From an uncultured virus (IMG/VR IMGVR_UViG_3300042691_027621) (lineage: Duplodnaviria; Heunggongvirae; Uroviricota; Caudoviricetes), in IMG/VR virus record IMGVR_UViG_3300042691_027621, positions 1-64,000 of that record: a stretch of DNA of 64,000 nt; one strand, written 5' to 3'. The first letter of the stretch is position 1; each line of letters starts with the position of its first letter. Position numbers and translations under genes: made by a program. The notes under the pieces were generated by a model. That model saw only the letters and a list, made by a program, of their open reading frames with translations, had not been told where the DNA came from and did no database searches. Positions 9,004 through 18,905 of this stretch are shown here, piece by piece.

Positions 9004-10200
9004 TTAGGAGAAAGACAAGTTAGACACGGCGATCTCACCAACGTAGTCACCAGCGTTACCAAAGCTGCTAGCAGTGTTGGTAAGTTCGATGTATCCGTAA
9101 CGAGTCATGAAGCTCACGACTGGTTCGAATGTTGTTGGGTCCAGAACAACACCGCTGCTCATCAATGGAATGTATGGGCAGTAGAATGCTGGAGCGTCAG
9201 CTTCCGAAGAACCTTTGTAACCAACCAACACAGGTGTTGTGTCGCTAGCATAGCTGTCGACGAACACACGCATTGCGCCGTTCAAGGTACCAACAAACTT
9301 GGTGTTTGTAGGAGCTTCGAATGTGCCTTCTGTAGTGCGAGCAAAAGCAGAAGTAGTTGCAGATTGCAACACTGTCAAGCTAGCTGGGCTAACCACAGCA
9401 TAGTTACCAGCGCCACGACGTGTACGCTGAGCGATCAGGTTAGCAACACGGTTGATCAACACGGCCAAAGCAGCGTGTTCGTCACCAACGAATGTAGCAG
9501 TACCAGAAACGGTAGCTTGGTTGTATGTGAACTCGGTAGAAGCCAAGCTGCGCAGACTCAAGAGAATCTCTTGGTCAATTTCAGCTGTAATTTCTTGAGC
9601 CAAAGCTGCCATGATTTCGGCTTCAACGTCGATACCATGCATAGCTTGTGCGTCTTGGGCACTTTCAAATGTCCAACGTGCTTGCAACTTGCGAGTCTTG
9701 GCTTCAACAGCCTGCTTCAAGATTTGCACGGAAATTTGCTTACCGCCATTACCTTCCATAACTGCTGTAGCGCCACCAGTGTAGCTTGTAGCAGTGCCGG
9801 TGTCTTTTGGTACTGTAGAATATGCAGTAGCAATAGTGAATGGGCTCAATGCTTCTTGGCCAGCTGTAACGCTAGTTGCGGCAGCAGAAGAATCAGTCAA
9901 GCTCTGTGCATAACGTACACGCAGAGTGTGGATCTGACCAACTGGGCCAGTCATAGGCTGAACGCCGACCAACTCGTTAGCAATAACGGTTGGCATTACA
10001 CGTCGAATCACGGGAAGAATCACGCGGTTTAGTGTAGCGATGTTACCAGCACTAGTAGAACCTGCAGAAGCGTTTTCTTTGAGGTACTTGCGAGTGTTTT
10101 CAAGGATCACACCCATGGAATTGCGCTTGGTGCCATTCAGACCTTCGAGCAGAGCTTCCTTGGTCTCGCCCCAGCGACTTTCTAACAATTGTTCTGACAT
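9004..10200 (-). CDS. gp23: Major capsid protein (T4 gp23-like)
   Basis: RRVMPTVIANELVGVQPMTGPVGQI, VEAKTRKLQARWTFESAQD, EITAEIDQEI, TRRGAGN, GYKGSSEADAPAFYCPYIPL and FMTRYG motifs. Confidence 0.97.
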   Translation of the reverse strand: MSEQLLESRWGETKEALLEGLNGTKRNSMGVILENTRKYLKENASAGSTSAGNIATLNRVILPVIRRVMPTVIANELVGVQPMTGPVGQIHTLRVRYAQSLTDSSAAATSVTAGQEALSPFTIATAYSTVPKDTGTATSYTGGATAVMEGNGGKQISVQILKQAVEAKTRKLQARWTFESAQDAQAMHGIDVEAEIMAALAQEITAEIDQEILLSLRSLASTEFTYNQATVSGTATFVGDEHAALAVLINRVANLIAQRTRRGAGNYAVVSPASLTVLQSATTSAFARTTEGTFEAPTNTKFVGTLNGAMRVFVDSYASDTTPVLVGYKGSSEADAPAFYCPYIPLMSSGVVLDPTTFEPVVSFMTRYGYIELTNTASSFGNAGDYVGEIAVSNLSFS

Positions 10201-10221
10201 TTAAGTCTCCTAAAAATTAAA

Positions 10222-11313
10222 TTACAGTCCTGCCAAACGTTTGAGGTCAATCACATTGCTGCGATCTTCTTCAGTTGTTTGCTTAGGAACAGTCTTATCA
10301 CCGGTTACTGCGGAAACGCTTTCTGTGATCACGGGTTTTGCTTTCACAGAACGGTCTTCCAGCACTGCTGGTAGATACTTTTCGAACGCATTCTTTAGAC
10401 GTGAAGTCTGAACACTTTCGAGCAAATTACGCATAACGTCGGCTTTTTCCCGGTTTAAGGGACTTAGCAATTCACGCATTGTGGTTTCACGTTCGTTGCT
10501 TTCCTTGATTACACGCAGTTCGCGTTCTTTTGACTCAACTACGGCGCGAGCCTTTTCGCTGAGTTTAATGGCTTCAGCCAATTGCTGATCTTTGTTCTGC
10601 AATGCAGAATATAGCTTGCGTACTTCGGCTTTCTCATTGAGGTGAGTAGCACCGAATTCGGCAGCATACGCTTCAAAGATTCGACGACCAAAACTGTTCT
10701 CGCGAGCAATTTTGATATCTTCTTGCAATTGATTAAGTTCACTCTTGAGGTGACGACTAACAGCCTGACTCATTTTCTCTGCACTTTCTTTTACGAAACG
10801 TGTCTTGAGAGTTTCAAGTTTTTCACGAGCTTCACGAACTAGGCGGACTTTTGTTTCCACCACATCACGTTTGTCTTGTGCAAATTCTTGAATTTCACGA
10901 GCCAATGCATGCACCATGAAGTTTTCCATTTTCTGTAAACCTTCAGTGTGCATCATGCGATCCTTGCGTAATTCGCCAATTTCTTCAGCTAATTTAGAAA
11001 CCATGAAGCTGTTGAACTTCTGTGCTGATTCCTTCATTTTAGACTGAAATTTGACGCGATCTTCAACTAGTTGTGCTTTTTCAGCAGCAACTGATTGAAT
11101 TTCAGACGCAAGGCCTTCTGTTACCATCTTGTCAAGAGCTTCAACCATGACTGACTTGTCGTGCTCATAGCGTTGTGCGAACTCCTCACGAAGTTCAGCA
11201 CGAGCCTGCTCACGAGCTTCATTCAGCTTGCTTTCCCAAGCCTCATTGATCTCTTGACGAGTTTCCTCGGTGATCAGGTTACTATCTAGCAATGGTTTGA
11301 TAGCATCTAACAT
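10222..11313 (-). CDS. gp22: Prohead core scaffold protein (gp22-like)
   Basis: Coiled-coil, Glu/Lys-rich protein between the protease and capsid genes; FGRRIFEAY motif; several L/I-x-E sites. Confidence 0.8.
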   Translation of the reverse strand: MLDAIKPLLDSNLITEETRQEINEAWESKLNEAREQARAELREEFAQRYEHDKSVMVEALDKMVTEGLASEIQSVAAEKAQLVEDRVKFQSKMKESAQKFNSFMVSKLAEEIGELRKDRMMHTEGLQKMENFMVHALAREIQEFAQDKRDVVETKVRLVREAREKLETLKTRFVKESAEKMSQAVSRHLKSELNQLQEDIKIARENSFGRRIFEAYAAEFGATHLNEKAEVRKLYSALQNKDQQLAEAIKLSEKARAVVESKERELRVIKESNERETTMRELLSPLNREKADVMRNLLESVQTSRLKNAFEKYLPAVLEDRSVKAKPVITESVSAVTGDKTVPKQTTEEDRSNVIDLKRLAGL

Positions 11314-11325
11314 GCCTGGTTCTCC

Positions 11326-11958
11326 TTATATTTTGAGTTCCTTGATGAGCTTGACAACCTCGCTCTTCAAGTACCTCTGCACTTTGTTGTCCTGGCCAGC
11401 TTCTTTAGCAATCTCAAGCAGGCGATGACCATATTTCATGTTCATCATACTTTCGTATACTGCCTTGGGATAAGCATTTGGAGCACTGGGCTGGGCAACT
11501 ACATCTACAGTGACAATTTCAAAGTCACTTACATGTCCTGTTCTGTCGTCGACATTTCCAGATCCACGACTTGATACTCCCAGTTTTACGCCAGATTGCA
11601 GCAGAGTCTTGATCAAGTTACCCATGGGGGTAGGCAAAATCTTGAGCTTGCCGCAGCCTGCGGTTCCATCCATCCACATTTCTTCTACACTATGGCACAC
11701 ACGGTCTAAGTTGATTTTCAGATCGTCTGGATGATCTACTTCACCTAGAACCGAATAACCTTCAGAGATCTGTTTGTTAATCGTGTTAACCGCTTTGGTG
11801 ATTTCATGTAGAGGGTACACTCGCTCATTTGCGTTGCGCTTGTTGCCCTCAATACAGATGCCTTTGAGATACAGGTTCTTGCCCCCGTTCATGTCGGACT
11901 CTTCCAAAACTTGGATGTTGGCTTGAGCGAAGGTAAGTTGTTCTCTTAGGGTTTTCAT
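11326..11958 (-). CDS. gp21: Prohead protease (gp21-like)
   Basis: NANERVYP, LGEVDHP, LKILPTPMG, GVSSRGSG and DVVAQPSAPNAY motifs. Confidence 0.95.
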   Translation of the reverse strand: MKTLREQLTFAQANIQVLEESDMNGGKNLYLKGICIEGNKRNANERVYPLHEITKAVNTINKQISEGYSVLGEVDHPDDLKINLDRVCHSVEEMWMDGTAGCGKLKILPTPMGNLIKTLLQSGVKLGVSSRGSGNVDDRTGHVSDFEIVTVDVVAQPSAPNAYPKAVYESMMNMKYGHRLLEIAKEAGQDNKVQRYLKSEVVKLIKELKI

Positions 11959-11960
11959 GC

Positions 11961-12785
11961 TTAGTTGTGCTTGCTAGGAATTACACTTTTGGTGTTTACA
12001 CCAGACGCCTGGGTTTTAACCGGGGCAGGAGCAGCACTCTTAAATGCTTTCTTGCCGGCTTCTTGTGTAGGTGTTACACCAATGTCTTTGACAGTGTTCT
12101 TATAAGCAGCTGAGTCGTGATGTCCGCCCATGCTAGCACCTGTGTGTACAGGCTTTACTGTGCTGCCGATTGGGCCTTTAGCGCCAGCATTAGCGGCTAC
12201 TGTAGACTTCTTGTTAACGCCGCCTTCTTCAGAAGTCACTGGCTTTGGGGCTGCTTTAAGGTCTAGACCTTCCATCATGCCCATTTCCATTTCTTCGGTG
12301 TCATCCATTTCGATGGCATCTCCGCCTTCATCAGGACCAAAGTCGTCGCCGTCGCCGCCGCCTTCGTCGCCCATAAGGTCTTCAAATTCGGCCATGAGTT
12401 GATCTAACTTGTCTTCTAGATTCATGATGTCGTCTTTGGTAGCTGGCTCATCGCTGCTGCCCATGTCGTCATCCATGTCGTCACCGCCGCCGATTTCGAT
12501 TTCATCGTCGTCGCCTTCGGCTTCCATGTTCATGTCAGATTCTTCTTCCATTTCGACTTCGTCGATCAGGTCGTCACTGGCATCACCGCCCATGGCGCCT
12601 TCTTCTAGCTCTTCGTCAGCAGCTTCTTCCAGCTCTTCGTCAGCGCCTTCGTCTAGCTCTTCTTCGGCCATAATATCTTCGTAGATTTCGCGACTTTTTT
12701 CCACAACAATGTCGTGGAATAGTTCACGTGCTTTTTGTTCTTCGTCGTTGATGACGTACTCAATGAGTTGTTCAAAACGGTTCAT
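11961..12785 (-). CDS. Highly acidic prohead core/internal protein
   Basis: Asp/Glu-rich with tandem EEL(D/E)E repeats and a basic C-terminus; lies between portal and protease like T4 gp67/gp68. Confidence 0.65.
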   Translation of the reverse strand: MNRFEQLIEYVINDEEQKARELFHDIVVEKSREIYEDIMAEEELDEGADEELEEAADEELEEGAMGGDASDDLIDEVEMEEESDMNMEAEGDDDEIEIGGGDDMDDDMGSSDEPATKDDIMNLEDKLDQLMAEFEDLMGDEGGGDGDDFGPDEGGDAIEMDDTEEMEMGMMEGLDLKAAPKPVTSEEGGVNKKSTVAANAGAKGPIGSTVKPVHTGASMGGHHDSAAYKNTVKDIGVTPTQEAGKKAFKSAAPAPVKTQASGVNTKSVIPSKHN

Positions 12786-12881
12786 AGGGTAAAAACTCCT
12801 TCTAGGTAAAGTGTGTTGTTATTTACACAGTAGAAGAAAAAGACGTGGTTTAAGGACAGAAAATGAAGATAAATGCCAAGT

Positions 12882-13100
12882 TTATGCAGGCGGTGCTGCA
12901 ACTTGTCCGTATTGTTGACGGATCAACTTTAGTTTTTCTTTGTACTCGTAGGTTCTTACGTCATTCATTTTTCTCAACTTATTGAGTTGACGCAGAGTTA
13001 GACGACTTTTGCGCAGGTCACCCAGCTGCGGTTGGCTGTTGTCCTGCGGTAAATCCTGATAGGCTTCAGGTTCTTTTTTCCAAAATTCGTTGAGTATCAT
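12882..13100 (-). CDS. Small conserved head-module protein
   Basis: 72 aa with RKSRLTLRQLNKLRKM; TATAAATA at 13106-13113 lies directly upstream. Confidence 0.7.
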   Translation of the reverse strand: MILNEFWKKEPEAYQDLPQDNSQPQLGDLRKSRLTLRQLNKLRKMNDVRTYEYKEKLKLIRQQYGQVAAPPA

Positions 13101-13108
13101 AACAATAT

Positions 13109-14878
13109 TTATACCGCAGGAGGTGCAGCGCCACCTGGTGCAACTGGCGCTGGAGCGCCAGCATCTGGTGCACCTGCGGCTGTGGCTGGTTCCATACCGG
13201 CAACATCTTCGCCAGACTGAATGTCAGTTTCTAAACCGCCAGGCGTAATACCCACTGCTCGTAGATCCTGTCCTGTAGTAGGCTGCATTTCTGGAGAATC
13301 GCGTTCTTCGCGCCACATTTCTTCGTTCTTCTTGATTTCGTCTTCGCTGAGTCCCAGGAATCGTTCTAACAAGAAACGTTTTGACATATAAGGCAGTGCT
13401 TCTAGTCCTTGGAAGGCTTGAATGCGAGTGTTGTCTAGTTCGCTTTGACGATAACTTGCAAAGTTCTGCGGTGCACAGAATTTCACTGAGAACAAGCCAG
13501 AATCAATGTTAAAGCCGCGCCACTTCAAGAACATCTTGAATTCATCATCTAGTTTCTGTGCAATCAATGCCTGCAGGCGTTCACAGTACTGATTGAAACG
13601 ATATTCTTGAATCAGAGCTGTACCTACTTTGCCGTCAGTCATAGCACGGTCTGAATCATCAGGACCTGTAGGCAAATAGCTACTAGGCACACGCAGACCA
13701 CGTGCCATCTTGTTGTTGAAATACTTCAAGTCATCAATTTCGCCCAGGTTCTGACCGCCGGGCAGTGTTTCAACACTGGATCCGCGACCGTCGGCTGTTT
13801 GTGGGAAAAAATAATCTTCGTTGATACTGAGTGGGTTGTAGCTGGCATCCATCATGTTGTTGCCGCCGCCTGTTACAGTGGGAATTCGGCGTTGATGCAT
13901 TTCGTTTTTGATGCGCTCAACAAACTGCATAGCAAGGTGACTGGGCATGTTGCCTACGTCAATTTTGAAGATTCGGCGTTCAGGAGCACGTTGCACACGA
14001 TAGATCAAGATAGCATCTTCCAACAGTTCTTTTTGCTTGAATACCTTGTAGATGTTTTCCAGTATTGAACGACCAAAAGGCCAAAACACATCTAGACCTT
14101 CGTTCAAGCTCATATGCACCACGTGCTTGGCATCCAGACAAACCTCGTTCATGGCCTGCATGAAACGACTGTTGCCCACACCACCGCCAGTGCCGCCGTT
14201 GGGCATGGTGTAGTTGGCGCTGCCGGCAATGGTTCCTGTTACTGGGTTGGTCATGTAGTCTGTGGTAGTTTTTGCTGCCACGCTCATGTTTTGGAAGTTG
14301 GGATTGATGTCACGAATCACATACTGTTCAGGACGTTTGCCTTCTGACTCGTTTACAATCACTCGAGCCACTTTGCTCATGTCCACCCAGTACATTTCAA
14401 ATGTTTCTGGATCACGTACAAACACTTGGTCTCCATACTTGATGGTATTGCGAAACAGTTTGAAAATGCGTTGATCCAGCTTGTTGAGCTTGACCCACTG
14501 CTGTAACTGTTTGCGAATGATGTCTATTTCGTGATCAGTGGGCTTGTCAGTGTACTGAATGTCAAATGGCGTGTTGTTTTGTTCGTTTATCTGTGTGCTA
14601 AATTCAGCAATAATATCAAGACACGCATTGATTTCTGAATCCATGTCCATGTTTTCGTACTGATTGTAGCGTTCAATACGATTAGGGTGTCCTGAGTATA
14701 CTTCTGGCAGTCGACTGGCATAGTTACGAAACACTAGATCAGCACGGCTGCTGGTGCCATCGTTTTTTCCGTAGCCTGGATATCCATCAGAATATCTGCC
14801 CGATATTGGACTCATACTACCTGAAGTGTCAGCAACTTTGAAATATTTTTTCCAGCCGGTTTTGTTTTGATCTGCCAT
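13109..14878 (-). CDS. gp20: Portal vertex protein (gp20-like)
   Basis: LLEDAILIYRVQRAPERRIFKIDVGNMP, EDYFFP, GSSVETLPGGQNLGEIDDLKYF and LRVPSSYL motifs. Confidence 0.97.
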   Translation of the reverse strand: MADQNKTGWKKYFKVADTSGSMSPISGRYSDGYPGYGKNDGTSSRADLVFRNYASRLPEVYSGHPNRIERYNQYENMDMDSEINACLDIIAEFSTQINEQNNTPFDIQYTDKPTDHEIDIIRKQLQQWVKLNKLDQRIFKLFRNTIKYGDQVFVRDPETFEMYWVDMSKVARVIVNESEGKRPEQYVIRDINPNFQNMSVAAKTTTDYMTNPVTGTIAGSANYTMPNGGTGGGVGNSRFMQAMNEVCLDAKHVVHMSLNEGLDVFWPFGRSILENIYKVFKQKELLEDAILIYRVQRAPERRIFKIDVGNMPSHLAMQFVERIKNEMHQRRIPTVTGGGNNMMDASYNPLSINEDYFFPQTADGRGSSVETLPGGQNLGEIDDLKYFNNKMARGLRVPSSYLPTGPDDSDRAMTDGKVGTALIQEYRFNQYCERLQALIAQKLDDEFKMFLKWRGFNIDSGLFSVKFCAPQNFASYRQSELDNTRIQAFQGLEALPYMSKRFLLERFLGLSEDEIKKNEEMWREERDSPEMQPTTGQDLRAVGITPGGLETDIQSGEDVAGMEPATAAGAPDAGAPAPVAPGGAAPPAV

Positions 14879-14892
14879 GTTGTTATTTACCG

Positions 14893-17800
14893 TTAATTGC
14901 TAGTGACTTGAAGGATCTTGGTGCTGATGTCATTGGCATTGCGTTGTTCACGTACCAGTTCAGAAATCATGTCAATCAATGTTTTGGTCTGTGCTACGTT
15001 TTCTTTTATTGATTCTGCTACCACATCATCGTTGTATCTGCTTTGTAGATCGACAACATCTGCTTCAGTTTTGGGGCCGGATTTTTTGTCTTCTTCTCCG
15101 TAGTTTTCTAGCATTTCCCGATCAAAACCTTTGGCCATTAACTCTGTTTTCATGTCGCTCAGTTTAGCAAACATCTTGGCTTGACTGGCAGCTACTACAC
15201 TATCAACATCTTGGTAAGTGTCTTTGCCAGTGTCGCCTTTCAAAAATTTCAAATTGTCAACTTGAGATTGAAATTGAAAATATTTCTTGATTTCATCGGG
15301 GAAATCCACAGGAATTCTGTTGCCCTTGAGCGGCATAACTGCTTCAGCGGTGCCACCTTCGCCAATAACAGCTGGTGTACCTCCAGGAGTAGGTTGCACA
15401 ATACCGCCTTCGGCTAGCATTTGCACATGAGGATGATCCTTAGCAATGAAAGGACGGAATAAACCAGCATTGGCCAACAGTTCGTCCATGGGCCCTTTGC
15501 TTTTGCCCATTCCTGCTACGCTGATGTCTACAGCATTGCCAACACCATGCAAACTGCCTTTGCCCGAACCTTTGACATTGTAAGTTTTGCCTTGGTAAGT
15601 TATTTCTTGATCATCTTTGGGAGCAGCAGGCATGTGAACACCCGGTTCATTGAGTATGTGGCCCCTGACCCAGAGTTCTGCCTGCTTCTGGTCTGATCTA
15701 TAAGCACTGTTTACATCTACTGATTTTCCAGTTGACTCTGCAAATTTTTGCAGTCTTGAAATCATTTCATTATTAAGACCAGACATGTCTGCGTTTGGAC
15801 CTATTTTGAGACTACCTTTGCCCCCGCCTTGTGCCTGACCTGCTGGCGTGGGTTGCCCTGGTTGACCGTCAGGTGCGCCTGCTGACGGAGGCGGTGGGGT
15901 CGAACTGCGTGTAGGTGCAGTAGTAGGAGCTGCGCCACCACCTGCTGCACCCCCGCCGCCTGCTGGCACTGCTCCTCCACCTGCTACCGGGGCCAACTTG
16001 CCTTTGAGCGTTGATATCTGTCCTGATCTTGTGTCAATACTAGCTTTGGTGTCAGCAATCTTTTGTTCAACTTTAGCAGTGCTAACTCCTTTGGCAGCAA
16101 GATTGGCTCTTTCTTCATTGAGTTTGGCCAGACGTTCAACTTCGCTGACATTCATGGTTTCCAGGCGAGCCAACTCTCCTTGATCAAGTCGTTGTTGTTG
16201 CCTTACTTTGCGTTCTTCTCTAGCCGCGTCTGCAATTTTCTTTTCTTGATCTAGCAGCGACTGCGAAGCCTTGGCATATTCTTCTTTGTTCTTGGCAATT
16301 TTTTCTTCAAGAGGTTTGAGCTCTTCACCGTACTTGCCTGCACGTTTGGCATCTTTGAGAGATTTTTCGTCAGCTTCTAATTGCTTGGCCAACAGATCTG
16401 CACGTTCTTGCAAAGGTTTAGCAACATCTCTTTCTTTGCTAGTAGCCGCCGCGGCCTTGGTTTCTTGTGCAGTTTTTGGTTGTTCTTTTGCTGGTTCCTT
16501 GACTCCAAGTCCAAAGAAGCCTAGTACTTTGTTCAATGCTTTGCTTAACATAGTAAACTGATCTGCTAGCACATTGGTAACGTTGCCTAGCTTTTCAGTC
16601 ACGCTCAGAGCCTTGTCAATGCCCACAAACACAGCATCTTCCATTTTCTTGTTGAGAGCTTGCTGTTTTTTAATGTTTTCAGCATATTGGTCAGTGATAC
16701 CATCGGCAGCTTTGCCACCGTCACGACCTTGTTTCTTCATGTCTTCTCGAATTTTTTCAGCTTCGGCTGCATTGTCTTTTTGTGTGGCCAATCCTAGCTC
16801 TGCGCCTTCACTGATTTTGAGCATGGTCTCTTCACCTACACCCATTTGGTATAGGTAGTTCATTTCTTTGGTCACTCGGCCTACAGCTTTACCAGTTTGA
16901 TCAAATGCTTCAATGCCTTTGAGTTGTCCTGCTTTTTGTTTGTCTAGGATGTTCAGAGCTTCGCCTTGTGTGCTTTGATACAGTTTCATAGCTGCATCAG
17001 TGCCCATCATGCCTGTGGCCAAATCTCCGTAACCAGTTGCGGCTTCTTTGCTGCGTTTGTACAGCATCTTGTAAGTCACTTCCATTTCGTCAGCGGCTGC
17101 AATCTGTTTGGCATCACCCGAGTTGCGCATTTCCTCCAGCTTGGCACGGAAACGCTGTTGACTACGTGCTGCTTCCAGAGCTTGCTCCTGCTCTTTACGA
17201 CTCATACCTGTGAGTTGAGTCAGTGCGTCTTGTTCTTTAAGATACTTGTTGGCACCTTCAGCTAGCTCCTTGGTAGTTAAATTCTGTGATTGCCCTATGC
17301 GACTTTGCAGGCGCAGATACTGCATGCTGGCATCGTTGATTTCTTGTTGAGTGTAACCAGCTGCCATCAAGCTCTTGCGATAGGGCTCCATGGCTGCGCC
17401 CATGTCTTCAAATTTCTTGCGACCATCTGCTACACTGCCAGCAAACAGGGTCAAATCACCTGCGTTGTCTGCTATTAGCCCAACATAGCTGTCAAGTTCG
17501 TTCATTGACAAGCCTAGTTTTTTGGCTCCTTGGTACACCCCTGTCATGCCATCGCTGGCAGCACCGCCAGCTTTGGCTAATTTGCTGTAGCCATCATAAA
17601 TTTTATCAGCCATGACATTGGCTGCTTTGATGTATTCAGCTGTGGCTGCTGTAACTGCGGTAAGACCAGCAATTAAACCTTTGATTAGTGGGCCGCCAGG
17701 AATCAGCAGTGTAAGAGCAGCACCTGCTAGTTTAGCAGCATTGGATAGCTCATCAATAGAACTGTTGAACGCTGCGGCACCTTTTTTACCCTCGTACATG

Positions 17801-18021
17801 GCCTTGGCGCCTTCTACGCCAGCCTTGGCTACACTGGTTAGCGCATCAGCAGCCGCGGTTGTGCCTTTGGTAAAATTTGTAATGCCATGTTTGCTTTTCA
17901 TTGCAGCATCTTGCACTTCGTCAGCAGTGCTCTGATGCATACGGCCATACAATTCCATCTCCCGGTTTACCCGGCTCATTAAGTCTGCTAATTCTTGTGC
18001 TTGCTGATTTACGTCGGCCAT
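14893..18021 (-). CDS. Tape-measure-like tail protein with an M15 (LAS-family Zn) peptidase domain
   Basis: Long Ala/Lys/Gln-rich helical region and a Pro/Gly linker, then SAYRS..Q, SLHGVGNAVDIS (SxHxxGxAxD) and DHPHVQ, then LAEGGIV...AVIGEGGTAEAVMPL. Confidence 0.8.
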   Translation of the reverse strand: MADVNQQAQELADLMSRVNREMELYGRMHQSTADEVQDAAMKSKHGITNFTKGTTAAADALTSVAKAGVEGAKAMYEGKKGAAAFNSSIDELSNAAKLAGAALTLLIPGGPLIKGLIAGLTAVTAATAEYIKAANVMADKIYDGYSKLAKAGGAASDGMTGVYQGAKKLGLSMNELDSYVGLIADNAGDLTLFAGSVADGRKKFEDMGAAMEPYRKSLMAAGYTQQEINDASMQYLRLQSRIGQSQNLTTKELAEGANKYLKEQDALTQLTGMSRKEQEQALEAARSQQRFRAKLEEMRNSGDAKQIAAADEMEVTYKMLYKRSKEAATGYGDLATGMMGTDAAMKLYQSTQGEALNILDKQKAGQLKGIEAFDQTGKAVGRVTKEMNYLYQMGVGEETMLKISEGAELGLATQKDNAAEAEKIREDMKKQGRDGGKAADGITDQYAENIKKQQALNKKMEDAVFVGIDKALSVTEKLGNVTNVLADQFTMLSKALNKVLGFFGLGVKEPAKEQPKTAQETKAAAATSKERDVAKPLQERADLLAKQLEADEKSLKDAKRAGKYGEELKPLEEKIAKNKEEYAKASQSLLDQEKKIADAAREERKVRQQQRLDQGELARLETMNVSEVERLAKLNEERANLAAKGVSTAKVEQKIADTKASIDTRSGQISTLKGKLAPVAGGGAVPAGGGGAAGGGAAPTTAPTRSSTPPPPSAGAPDGQPGQPTPAGQAQGGGKGSLKIGPNADMSGLNNEMISRLQKFAESTGKSVDVNSAYRSDQKQAELWVRGHILNEPGVHMPAAPKDDQEITYQGKTYNVKGSGKGSLHGVGNAVDISVAGMGKSKGPMDELLANAGLFRPFIAKDHPHVQMLAEGGIVQPTPGGTPAVIGEGGTAEAVMPLKGNRIPVDFPDEIKKYFQFQSQVDNLKFLKGDTGKDTYQDVDSVVAASQAKMFAKLSDMKTELMAKGFDREMLENYGEEDKKSGPKTEADVVDLQSRYNDDVVAESIKENVAQTKTLIDMISELVREQRNANDISTKILQVTSN

Positions 18022-18026
18022 GCTTG

Positions 18027-18060
18027 GTTACCTATAAGTAGAAGTATATTTATAGGTGAC
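18027..18060. promoter_or_regulatory. Symmetric pair of overlapping late promoters for divergent genes
   Basis: GTTACCTATAAGTA (+, 18027-18040) and GTCACCTATAAATA (-, 18047-18060) form a 12/14 inverted repeat. Confidence 0.7.
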
Positions 18061-18062
18061 AA

Positions 18063-18905
18063 ATGAACCAAACTGCTAACCCACTACGTCAATATTTTCG
18101 TCGTCCCAGCATCTATCTCAGACTGCCCAGTGGCGGAGATTTTTGGCCTCCGGAGTCGCTGAATTCTACGCAAAACGGTGAGCTTCCAGTTTTTCCCATG
18201 ACTGCCATCGACGAGATCACATATCGCACTCCAGATGCACTGTTTAACGGAGAAGCTGTGGTGTCAGTGATTCAAAGCTGTATTCCCAGCATTACCAACG
18301 CCTGGGACACTCCCGGATCAGACCTCAACAGTATCTTGGTTGCTATTCGAATTGCCAGCTATGGGCATGAATTGGAAATGGCATCCGTTTGCCCGGCCTG
18401 TCAAAACGAAGGTGAATACAAACTAGATCTACGCACAGTATTGGATCAACTACAAACTCCTGATTTCAAGTACAGTGTCAATCACGGTGATCTGCAGATA
18501 TTTTTCCAGCCCATTAGCTACCGACATCAGCAGGAAACCAATGCTACACAATTTGAAGAACAAAAAACAATTCAAATGATTCCTGGATCAGACCTGCCAG
18601 ATGATGAGAAAATAAAGAGACTCAATGCTGCACTCAAGCGCATCACGGAACTCACAGTAAATGCGCTCAAACACAGCATTGCTGGTATTAAAACTCCTAG
18701 TGCACTGGTCACTGAACCAGAATTTATTCAAGAATTTTTGAACAACTGTGATCGAACATTGTTTAACCAAATTAGAGATCATGTGATTGAACTGCGTCAG
18801 GCCAGTGAACTCAAGCCCTTGCAGATCAAGTGTAACAATTGCAACCATGAGTACAGTCAACCATTGACCTTGGACATGGCCAGTTTTTTCGCAGCCGCCT
18901 CCTGA
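18063..18905 (+). CDS. Baseplate hub/tail assembly chaperone (T4 gp26-like)
   Basis: NPLRQYFRRP..YLRLPSGG, ELPVFPMTAIDEI, DLNSILVAIRIASYG, CPAC and CNNC Zn motifs; ends LDMASFF like gp26. Confidence 0.75.
   Translation: MNQTANPLRQYFRRPSIYLRLPSGGDFWPPESLNSTQNGELPVFPMTAIDEITYRTPDALFNGEAVVSVIQSCIPSITNAWDTPGSDLNSILVAIRIASYGHELEMASVCPACQNEGEYKLDLRTVLDQLQTPDFKYSVNHGDLQIFFQPISYRHQQETNATQFEEQKTIQMIPGSDLPDDEKIKRLNAALKRITELTVNALKHSIAGIKTPSALVTEPEFIQEFLNNCDRTLFNQIRDHVIELRQASELKPLQIKCNNCNHEYSQPLTLDMASFFAAAS

Noticed and set aside
9364..10032. 222-aa plus-strand ORF opposite the capsid gene, and similar antisense ORFs within gp20, the tape measure, gp5, gp6 and the giant gene
   Set aside because: They lie wholly antisense to well-supported genes and are explained by codon bias.
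12601..12668. Short tandem repeats as a possible CRISPR or mini-array
   Set aside because: They are coding repeats (EELEE) inside the acidic head protein, with no repeat-spacer structure or cas genes.
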